Assembly: GCA_016722565.1 (NCBI GenBank)
Contig: JADKIU010000007.1
Span: 9,531 to 73,530, forward strand
Direction: 5' to 3'
DNA: 64,000 bases
Source of the DNA: Bacteroidota bacterium
GTDB taxonomy: Bacteria; Bacteroidota; Bacteroidia; 2-12-FULL-35-15
Within the stretch, counting starts at the first letter, position 1. Each line of letters starts with the position of its first letter. Positions 47,628-57,203 of the stretch are shown one piece after another. The position numbers were made by a program, and so were the translations under genes. The notes under the pieces were generated by a model. It was not told the origin of the DNA, did not search any database, and was given only the letters and a program-made list of their open reading frames with translations.

Positions 47628-50600
47628 ATGAAACGAATTCAAAAAATTTTATTATTAGTATTTGGACTATTTTTTTGCATTGTATTGAATGCACAAACAT
47701 TCACCTGGGTAGGCTATCCAAGTAATGGAGCTACTTGGAATCCTTCTGCTACTTTCAACATGACCATGTCAACAGCAGGCGGAGGGTCGAAAGATGTGCG
47801 CGCTAGTACAGCAGGTGGTACTTCTCCTATTTCTGGTACTGCGGGTAATATTGCTCAAAATTGTTCGCCTTACACTGGTTTACGTTTAGAAATGAGTGGA
47901 GCCGGAAATGGCGCAGGGACTGCAGTTTGGAACAACAGCATCACTGTTACAATAACATTCCCTACTCCACTTTGTGCTCCTGTTACGTTTAACATTTATG
48001 ATGTTACTGAAACATTTTACAACGATGGCTCTTTAAATTATGTAAACTATCAAGATAAAGTTAGCATTTCAGCTACCGACAATTTAGCAGCTGCTGTTTT
48101 GCCAACAGCAACCACCACTGGACCAATAGACAACACCGTTGTTGGAAGCTCCAGAGTTTTAATTGCAAACGGAATAAATGGACAATGTGCAAACCAAGCA
48201 ATTTCTGTTGGAGTTGCCGGACAACGAATTTCAACGATTACAATTGTGTATTCAAATCAAGATATTCCAACACATTGTCCGCCACCCAGTGTATCGCCAT
48301 ATCGTTATGGGATATCACAATACCAATACATTTTTATTTCACCCATCACCGGAACAGCTGCACCAACAGCATCCATAGCAGCAGGAGCAATTCCTTGCGG
48401 ATCAACTACCACAACATTAACAGCAACAACCTCTGCTGGTTCACCAACGTATTCGTGGGCAGGACCAGGTGGTTCAACAATTGTTTCACCCACTGCGGCA
48501 AGCACATCCGTTACCGGAGCTGGAACATATACAGTGACCATCAATCCTGGAAGTTGCAGCTCTACTGCCACATATACTGTTGCAGCAAGTGGAACGCCAC
48601 CGAATGTTTCAGCAACCGCTGCACAAACCGTTACCTGTAGTTCACCTACTATCTCTGCATCTTCATCCAGTTCACCGGTCTCTTTCAGCTGGGCAGGAGC
48701 TGGAATTTCAGGTGGTGGAGGAACAGCAACACCAACTATTACAACATCGGGAACTTACACTGTTACCGTTACGAATACAAGTTCAGGATGTACCAGCACA
48801 GCAACTGTTGTTGCAACTATGAACACCACTCCACCAACAGTTAGCTCAGCAAGCAGTAACAATATCAATTGCACAACAACTACCGCAACATTAACAGGAA
48901 CAAGTGCAGGAAGTACAATGGTGTGGAACGGAGGAACCTTGAGTAATGCAGCAAATCCAGCATCTGTAAGCGCTGCAGGAACATATACCGTTACTGCAAC
49001 AAATCCTGCGAACGGATGTACTTCAACTTCTACTGTGACCATTACCGGAAACACCACTCCGCCAACTGTATCTTCATCCAGCTCTGGAAATTTAACATGT
49101 ACAACACTGAGTTCAACATTAACAGGAACAGGGTCCGGAACAATGGTGTGGAATGGTGGTGCATTAAGCAATGCTGCTAATCCTGCCTCCGTAAGTGCTG
49201 CAGGAACGTATACCGTTACTTCTACAAATGCATCCAATGGATGTACTGCTACATCTACAGTAACAATTAATAGCAATACAACACCTCCAACAGTTTCTTC
49301 CGCTTCCTCCGGAAATTTAACATGTACTGCGTTAACAGCTACATTAACAGGAACCAGCTTAGGAAGCACGATGGTATGGAATGGTGGTTCTCTTGTGAAT
49401 GCATCAAATCCTGCAACTGTGAGTGCAATCGGAACATATACTGTGACATCAACAAGTTTAGTAAACGGTTGCACGAATACATCAACAGTTACCATCACCT
49501 CTAATACAACTCCGCCAACAGTTAGTTCAGCAAGTAGCAACAATATTAATTGTACAACCACAACAGCAACATTAACCGGAACAAGTGCGGGAAGCACAAT
49601 GGTTTGGAATGGTGGAGCATTAAGTAATGCTGCTAATCCTGCAACAGTGAGTGCTGCCGGAACATATACGGTTACGGCAACAAATCCTGCAAACGGATGT
49701 ACAGCCACATCAACAGTAACCATTACATCGAGCGGTACTGTTCCAAATATTAGTATTGCATCCCCTTCACAACTAACTTGCACCACAACCAGCGTAACAT
49801 TAACAGGAAGCTCAACAACTCCGGGTGCAACGTACCAATGGACAAGCGGTCCGGGTACTGCAACCTATCCGGTATCTTCTGGAGCAACGTATACATTAAC
49901 CGTTACTGACCCGAGCAATGGTTGTACTTCAACGCAAACTGTTTCCGTTTCTAGCAATACAACTCCTCCAACAGTTTCATCTGCAACATCAGGAAATATT
50001 ACCTGTACAGCATCAAGTGTTACATTAACAGGAACAAGTGCAGGAACAATGGTATGGAATGGCGGAGCGTTAAGTAATGCTTCAAATCCGGCAGCAGTAA
50101 GTACAGCAGGCACCTACACTGTAACTTCAACAGATGCAGCAAATGGCTGTACATCTACTTCAACAGTAACCGTATCTACCAATACCATTCCTCCAACCGT
50201 ATCTGCAGCAAGCAGCAACAACATTGATTGTATCTCTGCAAGTGCAACACTTACCGGAACAAGTGCCGGCAGCACCATGGTGTGGAATGGCGGAAGTTTA
50301 ATCAATGCTGCAAACCCCGCTACAGTTGGCGCGGCAGGCACATACACCGTAACAGCAACAAATACAACAAATGGTTGTACTGCAACTTCAACAGTAACCG
50401 TAACTGCTTCAGGTGCATTACCCAATATCAGCATTGCTAGTCCGAGCGACATTACGTGCACAACCTCTTCCGTTACTTTAACAGGAAGCTCAACAACTCC
50501 TGGTGTAAGTTATCAATGGACTGGTGGTCCGGCTACACCAACAAATACAGTTAGTACAGCAGGAACATATACGTTAACCATTACTGATTTAGGAACAGGA

Positions 50601-51866
50601 TGTGCATCACAACAAACAGTTACAGTAACTAATAATACAACTCCACCAACAGCAACATCAGGAACACCATTAACATTGGGATGCACAACAACGAGTGGAA
50701 CAATCAGCGCAAGTTCAACAACTGTTGGTGCAACCTATAGCTGGAGTGGAACAGGTATTACAGCCGGAGGTACCAGCTCCTCGCCAACTGTAAATGCTGC
50801 AGGAACATACACTGTAACGATTACTGACCCTGCAAACGGATGCACTGCTAGTACAACTGTAACCGTAACAAGTAACACTACCTCTCCAAATGTAACAGCG
50901 GGCAGCACATTAACATTGGATTGTATTACTACTTCAGGTTCAATCACAGCAAGTTCAACAACAAGTGGTGCAACATATAACTGGGCTGGAACAGGAATTA
51001 CTTCAGGTGGAACAACTGCCTCGCCAACCGTAAATGCAGCAGGAACATATACCGTAACCATTACCGATCCTGCAAATGGTTGTACCACTACAACAACTGT
51101 AACTGTAACGAATACAAGTGTTCCACCAACTGTTACCGCAATTGCATCATCAACGATCAGTTGCACATCGGGAATAGCAAGTATAAATGCGAGTTCAACA
51201 ACCAGTGGAGTAACTTTTAGTTGGTCTGGTCCTGGTATTGTCTCCGGAGGCACTACCACTACCCCAACAGTAAATTTACCTGGCACATATACTGTAACCG
51301 CAACAAATCCGGCAAACGGATGTACCGCCACTACAACTGTAGTTGTTACAAACAGTGTGGGCCCAATTGCAAGTGCAGGAACAGATATTACGATTAGTTC
51401 AGGAACATCAACCACTTTAACAGCGAGCGGTGGAGGAAGCTATGTTTGGTCAACAGGAGCTACCACAAATGCAATTGTTGTAACGCCAACAGCTACAACC
51501 GACTACTGTGTAACCGTAACAGATACCAACGGATGTGCAGATACAGCATGCGTGCGCATCACGATCGAAAGTCCTTGTCCGGGTGCAAACGATTTAAAAG
51601 TACCAAATGCATATTCACCAAATGGTGATGGGCACAATGATAAAATTTGTTTGCAAGGCTGGAATGATTGTGTAACGGATTTCACAATTTCTATCTATGA
51701 TCGCTGGGGAGAAAAGGTATTTGAATCAGAAGATCCTGCATTTTGTTGGGATGGAATATTCAAAGGTAAAATGTTAGACCCTGCAGTATTTGTGTATTAC
51801 ATCACAGCCAAATTACCGAACGAAGAAAAAATTGCTAAAAAAGGAAACATCTCATTGATGCGTTAA
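47628..51866 (+). CDS. giant repeat-containing cell-surface protein (adhesin-like) with T9SS type-B (gliding-motility-associated) C-terminal domain
   Basis: ATG at 47628 gives MKRIQKILLLVFGLFFCIVLNAQ. It has about 13 tandem two-Cys modules of about 75-85 aa (…C..T..TLTG.S...T..W.GG......NPA.V..AGTYTVT.T...NGCT.T.TVTVT.NTTPPTV). C-terminus VPNAYSPNGDGHNDK...ISIYDRWGEKVFE...WDG...G......VYYI. Confidence 0.9.
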   Translation: MKRIQKILLLVFGLFFCIVLNAQTFTWVGYPSNGATWNPSATFNMTMSTAGGGSKDVRASTAGGTSPISGTAGNIAQNCSPYTGLRLEMSGAGNGAGTAVWNNSITVTITFPTPLCAPVTFNIYDVTETFYNDGSLNYVNYQDKVSISATDNLAAAVLPTATTTGPIDNTVVGSSRVLIANGINGQCANQAISVGVAGQRISTITIVYSNQDIPTHCPPPSVSPYRYGISQYQYIFISPITGTAAPTASIAAGAIPCGSTTTTLTATTSAGSPTYSWAGPGGSTIVSPTAASTSVTGAGTYTVTINPGSCSSTATYTVAASGTPPNVSATAAQTVTCSSPTISASSSSSPVSFSWAGAGISGGGGTATPTITTSGTYTVTVTNTSSGCTSTATVVATMNTTPPTVSSASSNNINCTTTTATLTGTSAGSTMVWNGGTLSNAANPASVSAAGTYTVTATNPANGCTSTSTVTITGNTTPPTVSSSSSGNLTCTTLSSTLTGTGSGTMVWNGGALSNAANPASVSAAGTYTVTSTNASNGCTATSTVTINSNTTPPTVSSASSGNLTCTALTATLTGTSLGSTMVWNGGSLVNASNPATVSAIGTYTVTSTSLVNGCTNTSTVTITSNTTPPTVSSASSNNINCTTTTATLTGTSAGSTMVWNGGALSNAANPATVSAAGTYTVTATNPANGCTATSTVTITSSGTVPNISIASPSQLTCTTTSVTLTGSSTTPGATYQWTSGPGTATYPVSSGATYTLTVTDPSNGCTSTQTVSVSSNTTPPTVSSATSGNITCTASSVTLTGTSAGTMVWNGGALSNASNPAAVSTAGTYTVTSTDAANGCTSTSTVTVSTNTIPPTVSAASSNNIDCISASATLTGTSAGSTMVWNGGSLINAANPATVGAAGTYTVTATNTTNGCTATSTVTVTASGALPNISIASPSDITCTTSSVTLTGSSTTPGVSYQWTGGPATPTNTVSTAGTYTLTITDLGTGCASQQTVTVTNNTTPPTATSGTPLTLGCTTTSGTISASSTTVGATYSWSGTGITAGGTSSSPTVNAAGTYTVTITDPANGCTASTTVTVTSNTTSPNVTAGSTLTLDCITTSGSITASSTTSGATYNWAGTGITSGGTTASPTVNAAGTYTVTITDPANGCTTTTTVTVTNTSVPPTVTAIASSTISCTSGIASINASSTTSGVTFSWSGPGIVSGGTTTTPTVNLPGTYTVTATNPANGCTATTTVVVTNSVGPIASAGTDITISSGTSTTLTASGGGSYVWSTGATTNAIVVTPTATTDYCVTVTDTNGCADTACVRITIESPCPGANDLKVPNAYSPNGDGHNDKICLQGWNDCVTDFTISIYDRWGEKVFESEDPAFCWDGIFKGKMLDPAVFVYYITAKLPNEEKIAKKGNISLMR

Positions 51867-51929
51867 CAGATAAAATCGAATCATTGAAACTTGCCTTTGG
51901 TAAATACCAAATTCTAAAAAAAATTAGAC

Positions 51930-53030
51930 ATGAGTAAAAAAACTAAAAACAATATCTGCATTCTCATTTTTGGGATGAGCATGGTGTTCACATTCAAAAT
52001 GTTTGGACAGGACATTCACTTTTCTCAATTTAACGAAACACCATCCTTGCTTAATCCTGCACTTACAGGGCAAACACATGTTATCAAAGCGTCTGCAATT
52101 TATCGTGATCAATGGAGAAGTGTTACCGTTCCATATAAAACATTTGGTGCATCCATCGAATTAAAATTAAAGGCAAGCAATTGGGAAAGCGTTGGAAATC
52201 ATGCAACAAAAACCTATAAAAAATCTTTTAGCAGAAATGCCTTGGGACTTTCTTTTTTTAGTGATAAGGCCGGTGATGGAAATATGGCAACAACACAAGC
52301 CAACCTTTCTTACGCCACGTTTATTCCGGTAAGTAGTAAATCTTCTTTATCACTTGGTTTGCAAGCAAGTGTGGTTCAACGCAAAGTCGATTATAGCAAA
52401 TTACTTTGGAACGACCAATATGGAGCGGGAGGGTACGACAATTCGTTAGACCATGGCGAAACATTTACCAGTGGAACATTTATCTATCCGGATTTTGCCG
52501 CAGGGATGCTTTATAGTTATGGATACAATGAAAAAGGCATTGGTGCGAATGACCAATTCAAAATGGATATTGGTGTTTCGATGTATCATTTGGCAACGCC
52601 CCAACAAAAATATTTATCAGAAACAAGCGAGCGTTTGTTGGCGAAATATATAGTTCATGGAAAATTTTTAATCGGAATACGCAATACAAAATTTTCATTT
52701 GCGCCAAGTTATTTTTATGCCTTGCAGGGTTCAACACAAGAATTTGTTGCTGGAAGTATGTTTCGATACAATTTCAAAGAAGATTCAAAGTATACGGGAT
52801 ATGTAAAAGGTTCTACGTTTTCATTGGGTGCATTTTACAGAAACAGAGATGCAATGATTGCAAAAGTAATGTTGGAATTCGGGCAATACGCAGTTGGATG
52901 CAGTTATGATATTAATACTTCCGGCTTAACAAAGGTAAGTACCTCCAGAGGTGGCTTCGAAGTGTTTTTACGATTTGTAACTCCGAGTCCATATTTGTAT
53001 CAAAAACGCGACAAAGCAAAATTTAATTAG
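51930..53030 (+). CDS. PorP/SprF-family type IX secretion system membrane protein
   Basis: Signal peptide, then the family-defining N-terminus DIHFSQFNETPSLLNPALTG. 366 aa. It lies immediately downstream of a type-B CTD protein. Confidence 0.85.
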   Translation: MSKKTKNNICILIFGMSMVFTFKMFGQDIHFSQFNETPSLLNPALTGQTHVIKASAIYRDQWRSVTVPYKTFGASIELKLKASNWESVGNHATKTYKKSFSRNALGLSFFSDKAGDGNMATTQANLSYATFIPVSSKSSLSLGLQASVVQRKVDYSKLLWNDQYGAGGYDNSLDHGETFTSGTFIYPDFAAGMLYSYGYNEKGIGANDQFKMDIGVSMYHLATPQQKYLSETSERLLAKYIVHGKFLIGIRNTKFSFAPSYFYALQGSTQEFVAGSMFRYNFKEDSKYTGYVKGSTFSLGAFYRNRDAMIAKVMLEFGQYAVGCSYDINTSGLTKVSTSRGGFEVFLRFVTPSPYLYQKRDKAKFN

Positions 53031-53091
53031 TTGATTCAGTATATCATTCGAGTGGACGATTTGTTGGGAATCCAAACTTGAATGCATATGT

Positions 53092-53119
53092 AAAAGAGAG
53101 CTTCGGCTCTCTTTTTTTC
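53092..53119 (+). terminator. intrinsic terminator after the SprF-like gene
   Basis: AGAGAGC-TTCG-GCTCTCT followed by T7. Confidence 0.7.
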
Positions 53120-53133
53120 TGACCTATTGAAAT

Positions 53134-53166
53134 AAAAAAAGCCCTGAGTAAAAAATTACTCAGGGC
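53134..53166 (-). terminator. intrinsic terminator of the minus-strand gene 53189-53842
   Basis: GCCCTGAGTA-AAAAAT-TACTCAGGGC. The plus-strand A7 run at 53134-53140 gives a T-run after the hairpin on the minus strand. Confidence 0.7.
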
Positions 53167-53188
53167 TTTCCATTTAGAATAAATGACA

Positions 53189-53842
53189 TTATCCTGGTAA
53201 ACGGGAAATATTTTTCTCCATCATGTTTAACTGCTTTACAATTTCATCAGCTTTAGGTTTACAAGCTTTTGCTTTTCTAAAATATTCTTTTCCTATTTTA
53301 TTTTGCTTGCGTTGAATTTCAATAGAGCATAATTGTAAATATACAGCCGCCATACTGTCTTTATCCGGAATACCCGCTTTCACAGCATCCATTAATGATT
53401 GGCGTGCTTCTTTTGTTTTTCCTTGCTTTAATTGAATAAAACCCAACTGCATCAAATTTGTTCCGGTAACATCACCCACAATTTTTGATTTTGTTTGTAA
53501 ACTTTTACGAATACTGCTTTCTGCAGATGTTAAATCATCCGTTGCAAGTGATAAGTTACTTTGCAACATGTAATATCCAGAGCGGATTGGTTTCAAAAGC
53601 AATCTCGGAAATTTAATCATCTTGATGTATTCCATCGCTTTGTCTACTTCACCATCTGAAACCGCTTCCTGCACCAAACGCATGGTTCCCATCATAAAGT
53701 AGAGTAATAATGAAATAAAAGCCAAGCTGTAACAAATCCATGCAGTAATCGGATCTTTATAATAATGAGAAACGCCACCCAAAACCGCCAATATTAAAAT
53801 GATTGGCAAGCGGTAAATAATGTAAAAACGTAATACTTTCAT
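53189..53842 (-). CDS. hypothetical membrane protein with TPR-like soluble domain
   Basis: Two N-terminal TM helices (ILILAVLGGVSHYY, WICYSLAFISLLLYFMMG), then helical repeat-like sequence. 217 aa. Confidence 0.6.
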   Translation of the reverse strand: MKVLRFYIIYRLPIILILAVLGGVSHYYKDPITAWICYSLAFISLLLYFMMGTMRLVQEAVSDGEVDKAMEYIKMIKFPRLLLKPIRSGYYMLQSNLSLATDDLTSAESSIRKSLQTKSKIVGDVTGTNLMQLGFIQLKQGKTKEARQSLMDAVKAGIPDKDSMAAVYLQLCSIEIQRKQNKIGKEYFRKAKACKPKADEIVKQLNMMEKNISRLPG

Positions 53843-53903
53843 AATTGATATTAAATTAAATCAGGGCACAAAAATAAGGGAAAATCCCGATTTTATGTCA
53901 ATT

Positions 53904-54248
53904 TTAGAGCTCCAATTCCTTCATTGGCTCCCAATAGTGCTTATCGAAGTCTTTTATTTTGTCCTTTACCACTTTGATTCCTTCTTTTTCCAGCAATTCG
54001 GCCATCAAAAAAGGGGTCGCAAAATGATGTTTTCCGGTTAATTCTCCATTCCTGTTGACTACCCGATGTGCCGGAACCGACTTTTTCTGGCTATGAGCAG
54101 CATTCATTGCCCACCCAACCATCCGGGATGAACGGGCTGTACCCAAATATTTGGCAATGGCACCATAGCTGGTCACTCGACCTTTAGGGATAAGTCGAAC
54201 CACCTGATAAACCATTTGAAAAAAATCTTCGTGTTTTTCTAAATTCAT
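53904..54248 (-). CDS. MGMT-family DNA-binding protein lacking the acceptor cysteine (alkyltransferase-like, ATL)
   Basis: 114 aa. GRVTSYGAIA...ARSSRMVGWA...VPAHRVVNRNG. The canonical PCHRV site reads PAHRV (Ala codon at 54069-54071). Confidence 0.75.
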   Translation of the reverse strand: MNLEKHEDFFQMVYQVVRLIPKGRVTSYGAIAKYLGTARSSRMVGWAMNAAHSQKKSVPAHRVVNRNGELTGKHHFATPFLMAELLEKEGIKVVKDKIKDFDKHYWEPMKELEL

Positions 54249-54293
54249 TTTACCTCTCCTCTTATCCTCTCCTTGAAAAAGGAGAGGACGATT

Positions 54294-54965
54294 TTAAACT
54301 CTAAATTTTAAGTAACAAATTTTAAATCCTTTATCAGAAAATAGTTTTTCGTAATAGGTCTTAATACTTGTCAATGCCTCGTCCCTTTCTTTTGTATCTC
54401 CATATAAATCATTCGTACTGTCTAATAATTCAAAATTATTTTCTGCCACAACTTCGCGGGTATAATCATAAAAGGGCTCATTATCTGTTTTCAGATTTAT
54501 ACTTCCCCCTTCTTTCAATATTCGCTGATAGCGTTCCACAAAAATCATATTTGTTAATCGATTTCGGGTCCTTGTTTTTTGTGGCTGTGGATCAGGAAAC
54601 GTAATCCAGATTTCATCCACTTCACCTGCTGCAAAACAAGCATCAATAAAATCAATGCGTGTACGAATAAAAGCAACATTGTTCATTTTATTTTCAATGG
54701 CGGTTTTTGCTCCCGTCCAAATTCGATTTCCTTTTATATCGACACCAATAAAATTTTTATTAGGATAGCGCTTCGCTAAGCCAACTGTATATTCCCCTTT
54801 GCCACAGCCCAATTCCAAAACTATCGGATGATCGTTCTTAAAATAGTCTTTATGCCATTTTCCATTTAACGGCAACCCTTCTGCCCTTGCTTGCTCAAAC
54901 GACAAGAAGAAACAATTATCAAAGGAAGATACTTCTGCAAATTTTTTTAATTTTCTTTTCGCCAT
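54294..54965 (-). CDS. trmB: tRNA (guanine-N7)-methyltransferase
   Basis: I prefer the ATG at 54965 (MAKRKLKKFAE...). VLELGCGKGEYTV SAM motif and the FPDPQPQK block characteristic of TrmB. Confidence 0.85.
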   Translation of the reverse strand: MAKRKLKKFAEVSSFDNCFFLSFEQARAEGLPLNGKWHKDYFKNDHPIVLELGCGKGEYTVGLAKRYPNKNFIGVDIKGNRIWTGAKTAIENKMNNVAFIRTRIDFIDACFAAGEVDEIWITFPDPQPQKTRTRNRLTNMIFVERYQRILKEGGSINLKTDNEPFYDYTREVVAENNFELLDSTNDLYGDTKERDEALTSIKTYYEKLFSDKGFKICYLKFRV

Positions 54966-55066
54966 AAATTCATAATACATCTTAACCTCAGAGCTCACAA
55001 AGAATACGCAGAGCCAGCAGAGAAAAATTAATTAACTTTAACCATATTTTACAAAAATAAGCATTA

Positions 55067-56134
55067 ATGCAAAAGAACAAACGAATATTAATTTGCCCAT
55101 TGGATTGGGGATTGGGACATGCGACCCGCTGCATCCCGATTATTCATTTGTTGCTTAAGAAGAATACCGAAGTAGTGATTGCTGCAGATGCGGGACCTCT
55201 TGCACTCTTAAAACAAGAATTTCCTCAATTAACTTTTGTTCAACTGAAAGGCTATAACATTCAATACCCAAAATCGGGTTCCATGAAACTGAAGATGTTG
55301 CTTTCTATTCCAAAAATTGTAAACGGAATAAAAGAAGAACATACTCAACTCGATAAAATAATTGATGAACATAAAATTGACATCGTTATTTCAGATAATA
55401 GATATGGTTGCTGGAGTAAAAAAGTAAAAAGCATTTTTATTACGCATCAACTCATGATAAAAGCTCCGATTGGAGAAAGCATTTTACATAAAAAAGTTTT
55501 AACGTACATAGCTAATTATGACGAGTGTTGGGTACCAGATACAGAAGGAGAAAATAATCTATCGGGAGATTTGGCGCATCACTACCCGCTTCCTAAAAAC
55601 ACTTATTTTGTTGGAGCGTTAAGTAGATTCGATTTCTCCGTTTCTCCCGAAAGCTATAGGGACGAAATGACAACTATTGTAGCAATCATTTCAGGACCAG
55701 AACCACAACGAAGTGTTTTTGAAAAATTGGTTATAGAACAATTACTACAAACGAATATAAAAGCGTTGGTTGTTTGCGGAAAAGCGTCAGAGCCAAAAAC
55801 AGAAACTATTAAAAACATCAAAATTGTTTCGCATTTAAATTCGGATGAAATGCAAAACGCTATTCTGAATTCAGAAATTATTCTTTCTAGAAGCGGATAC
55901 TCAACAATAATGGATTTAGCATATTTAGGTAAAAAAGCCATTTTTATTCCTACACCCGGACAAACAGAACAAGAATATTTAGCAGAACGGTTTCTGAAAA
56001 AAGGAATTGCTTTTTCACAAACTCAAGCATCTTTTGATTTGAAAATTGCTTTAGCAAAATCTAAAAATTATAAGGGGTTTGAAAAAATGAAGCTGAGTAA
56101 TGAATTGGAAAAAAGAATTGACGTACTATTTTAA
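55067..56134 (+). CDS. glycosyltransferase (GT-B fold, MurG/UDP-glycosyltransferase-like)
   Basis: N-terminus ILICPLDWGLGHATRCIPII and C-terminus SRSGYSTIMDL...IPTPGQTEQEYLA resemble GT28/GT1-type enzymes. Confidence 0.6.
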   Translation: MQKNKRILICPLDWGLGHATRCIPIIHLLLKKNTEVVIAADAGPLALLKQEFPQLTFVQLKGYNIQYPKSGSMKLKMLLSIPKIVNGIKEEHTQLDKIIDEHKIDIVISDNRYGCWSKKVKSIFITHQLMIKAPIGESILHKKVLTYIANYDECWVPDTEGENNLSGDLAHHYPLPKNTYFVGALSRFDFSVSPESYRDEMTTIVAIISGPEPQRSVFEKLVIEQLLQTNIKALVVCGKASEPKTETIKNIKIVSHLNSDEMQNAILNSEIILSRSGYSTIMDLAYLGKKAIFIPTPGQTEQEYLAERFLKKGIAFSQTQASFDLKIALAKSKNYKGFEKMKLSNELEKRIDVLF

Positions 56135-57139
56135 ATCTCGCAAATAAAGAGCACATGTATCCTTAATCGATTGTTCCATGGAAATAAAGTTATAATCAGG
56201 AAAAGCCTTTAGAAATTTCTCATTTGAAAAACTGCTTTTTCGATTTGCAGAAATAGAAGTCTCTTTTGTTATCAAGGGTGGAGCACCTGTCAAGAATGAA
56301 CGCAACGATTCGGCTCTCCATGCAAATCCGGTTAAAAACTTTCCAGCTTTGATACCTGATTTCGGTTTCCCAAATGCTTGGTGGATTAAATCGAAATAAT
56401 GCCTAAAAGAAGCATTCTCACCATTCAATAAAAAACGCTGACCACTGATCTCGCTTTCCATAAGTTTAATCATAATCGCTGCGACATCCCTTACATCCAC
56501 AAAACCATTGGTACCTTCCGAATAAAATTTAATTCCTTTATATCCTTTTGTAAACATATTGGAGCTGCTTTGAGTCCAATTTCCTCCGCCCATAATCAAC
56601 GAAGGATTGACAATCACAACGTTTAATCCTTCCTCAGAAGCTCTCCACACTTCACGTTCAGCTGCATATTTACTTATCGAGTAATTTGAATTTTCGGGGG
56701 AAGATTTCCAAGGTGTCGTTTCTGAAGTCATACCTCCTTTTTCTGCTCTTCCTAATGAAGCAATGGAACTTACGTGACAGAATTTTTTAACACCTTTTTC
56801 GAGTGCAGCATTGACCATATTAGCTGTACCTTCCACATTGATTTTCATCATTTCATCCAAATGTTTCTTTTCAAAAGAAACCATTGCCGCACAATGATAA
56901 ACCTGATCCACACCTTCCATAACATCCATTAACGAATACACATCGAGCAAATCGGCATCCACCCATTCAATCTTCTTTAATAAGCTTTCTGTATCGGCTG
57001 TATAATAGGAAAACACCTTCTTTACGTTCGAGACATTACTGTTCGAACGTTTGATAACACGCACTTTTTTTCCCGACTGTGTAAGGTCGTATAATAAGTG
57101 AGTGCCCACCAATCCGGTACCGCCTGTTACTAAAATCAT
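56126..57139 (-). CDS. NAD-dependent epimerase/dehydratase-family (SDR extended) protein
   Basis: Rossmann motif [15 protein letters not shown] and catalytic YSISKYAAE (YxxxK). Its stop overlaps the convergent GT gene by 9 nt. Confidence 0.8.
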   Translation of the reverse strand: MILVTGGTGLVGTHLLYDLTQSGKKVRVIKRSNSNVSNVKKVFSYYTADTESLLKKIEWVDADLLDVYSLMDVMEGVDQVYHCAAMVSFEKKHLDEMMKINVEGTANMVNAALEKGVKKFCHVSSIASLGRAEKGGMTSETTPWKSSPENSNYSISKYAAEREVWRASEEGLNVVIVNPSLIMGGGNWTQSSSNMFTKGYKGIKFYSEGTNGFVDVRDVAAIMIKLMESEISGQRFLLNGENASFRHYFDLIHQAFGKPKSGIKAGKFLTGFAWRAESLRSFLTGAPPLITKETSISANRKSSFSNEKFLKAFPDYNFISMEQSIKDTCALYLRDLK

Positions 57140-57203
57140 GGAACAAATTTACTCATTTAATTGCACCGATTTATACTATATTTGTAGCTATAAAAGCATA
57201 AAA

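Noticed and set aside
47479-47700. N-terminal 74-aa extension of the histidine kinase ORF, and the 47604 start of the adhesin ORF
   Set aside because: The extensions would make the two divergent genes overlap. The internal ATGs at 47478 and 47628 each give a clean signal/anchor sequence directly after the Met.
48755-49786. 343-aa minus-strand ORF, plus other ORFs at 48185-48640, 49865-50461 and 50735-51415, inside the adhesin gene
   Set aside because: These are antisense or alternate-frame reading of T/S/A/G-rich repeats (ACN, GCN and GGN codons), which lack stop codons on the opposite strand. Their products are low-complexity mirror images (VTV..., PPF...). The plus-strand frame has a signal peptide, repeats and a T9SS type-B CTD.
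56126-56134. 9-nt overlap of the convergent glycosyltransferase and epimerase stop regions
   Set aside because: Short convergent overlaps are common in compact genomes, and no additional structure is visible here.
57102-57203. 34-aa N-terminal extension of tyrS overlapping the epimerase gene start
   Set aside because: TyrRS proteins begin near M[11 protein letters not shown], and the ATG at 57204 gives exactly that. The extension is antisense to the Rossmann motif of the neighbouring gene.
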